From contig PLYM01000056.1 in the NCBI GenBank assembly GCA_003153375.1, positions 28,855 through 92,854 on the forward strand: 64,000 nt of DNA. The letters are read 5' to 3'. Below, in pieces: positions 61,101 to 64,000 of this stretch. The DNA comes from Planctomycetaceae bacterium. Its GTDB lineage: Bacteria > Planctomycetota > Planctomycetia > Pirellulales > PALSA-1355. Position numbers and translations under genes: made by a program. Within the stretch, counting starts at the first letter, position 1, and each line of letters begins with the position of its first letter. Under the pieces are notes generated by a model that saw only the letters and a program-made list of their open reading frames with translations, was not told the origin of the DNA and did not search any database.

Positions 61101-61129
61101 TTGGAAAACGAACACCATAGTGGTAGAAT
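61101..61129 (+). promoter_or_regulatory. Candidate sigma70-type promoter (TTGGAA-17 nt-TAGAAT with TGn extension) for the downstream DUF1549/DUF1553 gene
   Basis: ttggaa at 61101-61106, a 17-nt spacer ending in tgg, and tagaat at 61124-61129. It sits in an AT-rich patch about 70 nt upstream of ATG 61202. Confidence 0.35.
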
Positions 61130-61201
61130 CCCAGTCGGGGTGTGGCGCGGATTTTCCGGTGTTTTCACCGATATTCCCCCGGCATTTCTCGGAGCAGGAA
61201 C

Positions 61202-62926
61202 ATGGCAATCGTGCGGTTCAGGCCCCAGCATGCGCTCGCTTGCCGGCTATCAGGCGGTCGCGGCCGAGACGTTAGTAGCAGTGCTGTATGTGCATTTTGC
61301 TTGCTAGTTATTAGCTATTTCGCCACTGGGCAATTTGCGGTAGCGGGTGCTAAGGAACCCGCCTGCACTCCGGCGCCTGCGGGCGATCCGGCGCACCTTG
61401 ATGGCGGGGGGGCGCTCGATGCCGAGCAATTGACCGCCGCGATCGATGCGGCCCTGGCGGCTGCCTGGCAGCGCGACGAGATTCAGCCCGCGCCGCCGGC
61501 GGATGACGCTGAGTTTTTGCGCCGCGTCTATTTAGACGTCATTGGTAAGATTCCCTCGGTCGCCGAGTTGCAGACCTTTCTGGCCGACACGACGGCCGAC
61601 AGGCGGCGCCGCGTGGTCGATGACTTGCTGGGCCGGGGTGCGCATGCGCAACACTTCGCCAACACCTGGCGGGGGCTGATGCTGGCCGGCGCGGCCGAGA
61701 ACATCGAAGCCCAGATTCAAACCCCGCAGTTTGAGACCTGGCTGCGCTTGCGGTTCGCGACCAACAAGCCCTACGACGCACTGTTGAGCGAGTTGCTGAC
61801 GGCGCCGATCGAAGCGGCGCCACAGCCCAATGTGAATGGCCGGCAGCGCAGCTTCGTGCCGAGTCCGGCCGCGTTCTTTCAGGCCAACGAACAAAAGCCC
61901 GAGCAAATCGCCGCTAGCACGACGCGCATCTTCCTGGGCGTGCAAGTGCAATGCGCCCAATGCCACGACCATCCGTTTGCCCATTGGACCCGCCGCGAGT
62001 TCTGGTCGCTGGTGGCCTTCTTCGACAAGCCGCCCAATGAAATGAAGGACGCCAAGCCGGTCGCGGGCAGTACCAACGCGATCAAGATTCCGGAAACGCA
62101 GATCGTGGTCGAGCCGGCCTTCCTCGACGGCTCGGCGCCCGATTGGGCATCGGGCGGCACGAAGCGCGAGATGCTCTCACGCTGGATCACGCGGGCCGAC
62201 AATCCCTATTTCGCCCGGGCGGCGGTGAACCGCATGTGGGACCACTTCCTCGGCCGCGGCTTCGTGCATCCGGTCGACGACCTGGACAAGGCGAACCCCC
62301 CGTCGCATCCCGAGCTGTTCGCCGAAGTGTCGCGGCAGTTTGCCCTGCACCAGTTCGACTTGAACTACCTGGTGCGGGCGATCACGGCCACGCGAGCCTA
62401 TCAGCTTTCGAGCCGGGCGACGGCCACCGGCGACGACGACCTGGCCAAATTCGCTCGCATGCCGCTGCGGCGAATGACAGCCGATCAATTGTTCGCCAGC
62501 ATCGTGCAGGCGACCGGTTTCCGCGAGGAGCGCCGCGCGGCGCAGCGCGGCGTGGTGCTGCCCGACACGACCAGCGCGGCGGCCGAATTCCGCAATCGCT
62601 TCGCCGATCAAAGCGTGCCGCGCACCGAGGCCGAGACGTCGATCTTGCAGGCCCTGGCGCTCATGAACGGCAAACTGGTGAGTGACGCCACGAGCCTGGC
62701 CAATAGCGAAACCCTGGTGGCCGTGGCCGATGCGCCGTTCTTGAAGAACGACGAACGCGTGACGTCGTTGTTTCTGGCCACGCTCTCGCGGCCGCCGGCC
62801 ACCGAGGAGCTAGCCCAGTTTGTCGAGTACGTCGACGGCGGCGGAGCCGAGAAGGACTCGAAGAAAGCCCTGGCCGACGTTTTTTGGGCGCTGCTGAATA
62901 GCGCGGAGTTCGCGTTGAATCATTAA
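61202..62926 (+). CDS. DUF1549/DUF1553 domain-containing protein (second copy)
   Basis: ORF 61142..62926 trimmed to ATG 61202. It has DAEFLRRVYLDVIGKIPSVAELQTFL (DUF1549), the CAQCHDHPF motif, NPYFARAAVNRMWDHFLGRGFVHPVDDL (DUF1553) and the C-terminal FWALLNSAEFALNH. Confidence 0.85.
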   Translation: MAIVRFRPQHALACRLSGGRGRDVSSSAVCAFCLLVISYFATGQFAVAGAKEPACTPAPAGDPAHLDGGGALDAEQLTAAIDAALAAAWQRDEIQPAPPADDAEFLRRVYLDVIGKIPSVAELQTFLADTTADRRRRVVDDLLGRGAHAQHFANTWRGLMLAGAAENIEAQIQTPQFETWLRLRFATNKPYDALLSELLTAPIEAAPQPNVNGRQRSFVPSPAAFFQANEQKPEQIAASTTRIFLGVQVQCAQCHDHPFAHWTRREFWSLVAFFDKPPNEMKDAKPVAGSTNAIKIPETQIVVEPAFLDGSAPDWASGGTKREMLSRWITRADNPYFARAAVNRMWDHFLGRGFVHPVDDLDKANPPSHPELFAEVSRQFALHQFDLNYLVRAITATRAYQLSSRATATGDDDLAKFARMPLRRMTADQLFASIVQATGFREERRAAQRGVVLPDTTSAAAEFRNRFADQSVPRTEAETSILQALALMNGKLVSDATSLANSETLVAVADAPFLKNDERVTSLFLATLSRPPATEELAQFVEYVDGGGAEKDSKKALADVFWALLNSAEFALNH

Positions 62927-62964
62927 GTGAAGACACTTTGCGAACCGAGAAAGCAGGTGACCTC

Positions 62965-64000
62965 ATGAGCCGAGCGAAATCGGGAACATGGAATGAACTG
63001 TCGCGCCGCGACGTGCTGCGACTCTCGTGGGCGGGGCTGGTGGGCGCTTCGACATTCCCTTGGCTCGAGGCGCTGGCTGACGAAGCAGCGCCCGCGCCGG
63101 CGCGCAAGCGGGCCTGCATTCTGCTGTGGATGAACGGCGGGCCGAGCCAGTTCGAGACCTTTGACGTCAAGCCAGGACACGAAAACGGCGGCGAGGCCAA
63201 GGAAATCACCACCAACGTGCCGGGCATCAAGATCTCCGAGCATCTGCCCAAGGTGGCGGCCCTGGCTCAACACCTGGCGATCATCCGCTCGATGAGCACG
63301 AAGGAAGGGGACCATGGCCGCGCGACGTATCTGATGCGCAACGGCTATCTGCCCCAGCCCCCGGTTCGCTATCCGACGCTCGGCTCGCTGGTGGCCAAGG
63401 AGTTGGGCGATCCCACGGCCGAACTGCCCAGCTTTGTCAGCATTTCGCCATTTCGCAATTTCAATCCGGCCGCGTTCAGTCCCGGGTTTTTGGGCTCGCA
63501 GTTCGCGCCGCTGTTCGTCGGCGAGGCCCGTCGCGCGGCGGCCGGCGACGGTGACAAGAAGGCCAACGACTATGACCTGAGCGTGGCCGATCTCGATGCG
63601 CCCAAGCAAATCGGCGCGCAAACCGTTTCGGCCCGGCTCGACATGCTCAACTCGCTCAACGACCGGTTCATCGGCAGCCACGCCGGGGCGCCGGCCGTGG
63701 GTTACAAGACGGCCTACGACCGGGCCGTGCGGCTGATGCGTAGCAAGGCCGCCGAGGCGTTTGATCTCGACAAGGAGTCGGCCGCGGTCCGCGACGCCTA
63801 TGGCCGCAACCGTTTTGGCCAGGGCTGCCTGCTGGCGCGGCGGCTGGTCGAGCGCGGCGTGCCATTTGTCGAAGTCACGCACGGTGGCGATGGCGGCATC
63901 GGCTGGGACACGCACCAGAACAATTCCGACGGCGTCAAACAGCTCTGCGGCACGCTCGACCCGGCCTGGGCCACGCTGATGACTGAGTTGGCGGCCGGCG
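62965..64000 (+). CDS. DUF1501 domain-containing protein (second copy), C-terminal end runs off the window
   Basis: Not in the track because no stop lies in the window. Hand translation from ATG 62965 gives MSRAKSGTWNELSRRDVLRLSWAGLVGAS (Tat-like), CILLWMNGGPSQFETFDVKP, IRSMSTKEGDHGRATYLM, GQGCLLARRLVERGVPFVEV and GWDTHQNN, and is open to 64000. Confidence 0.85.
   Translation, partial: MSRAKSGTWNELSRRDVLRLSWAGLVGASTFPWLEALADEAAPAPARKRACILLWMNGGPSQFETFDVKPGHENGGEAKEITTNVPGIKISEHLPKVAALAQHLAIIRSMSTKEGDHGRATYLMRNGYLPQPPVRYPTLGSLVAKELGDPTAELPSFVSISPFRNFNPAAFSPGFLGSQFAPLFVGEARRAAAGDGDKKANDYDLSVADLDAPKQIGAQTVSARLDMLNSLNDRFIGSHAGAPAVGYKTAYDRAVRLMRSKAAEAFDLDKESAAVRDAYGRNRFGQGCLLARRLVERGVPFVEVTHGGDGGIGWDTHQNNSDGVKQLCGTLDPAWATLMTELAAG

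Overview
This is a 64-kb, gene-dense, high-GC chromosomal segment. Its gene content points to a Planctomycetota (Pirellulales-like) genome: two DUF1549/DUF1553 + DUF1501 gene pairs, a MoxR-DUF58-BatA-VWA cluster, a secreted sulfatase, many TPR proteins and mostly weak Shine-Dalgarno sites. I call about 47 protein-coding genes. Two are cut by the window edges and so are missing from the ORF track, and two are small ORFs below the track's size cut-off. I also call one doubly frameshifted pseudogene, three hairpin terminators, a REP-like intergenic inverted repeat, two short tandem repeats and two candidate sigma70-type promoters. I saw no rRNA, tRNA, CRISPR array, transposase, integrase or recognisable defence system. 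Many long ORFs in the track are antisense shadows typical of high-GC DNA and were rejected. The observations most worth a second look are: (1) a cyanophycin-synthetase homologue with an intact-looking ATP-grasp half but a degenerate, truncated Mur-ligase half (CphA2-like), sitting between a divergently transcribed ABC exporter that carries an extra N-terminal domain and a secreted transglutaminase-like protein; (2) a small secreted, about 24% cysteine protein built from CCPNDYC(R/S)KP(L/M)P repeats; (3) five TPR-glycosyltransferase paralogues (four GT41/SPINDLY-like, one GT9-like) in two clusters; (4) a 21-kb co-directional minus-strand gene train that extends a MoxR/DUF58/BatA/VWA core with unknown secreted proteins, an NPCBM-domain protein and a propeller protein carrying an inserted L-type-lectin-like domain. 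I did not find one clear-cut novel system, and the items above are leads rather than demonstrations. All calls come from reading and hand-translating the sequence and from remembered family motifs. No searches or computations were run.
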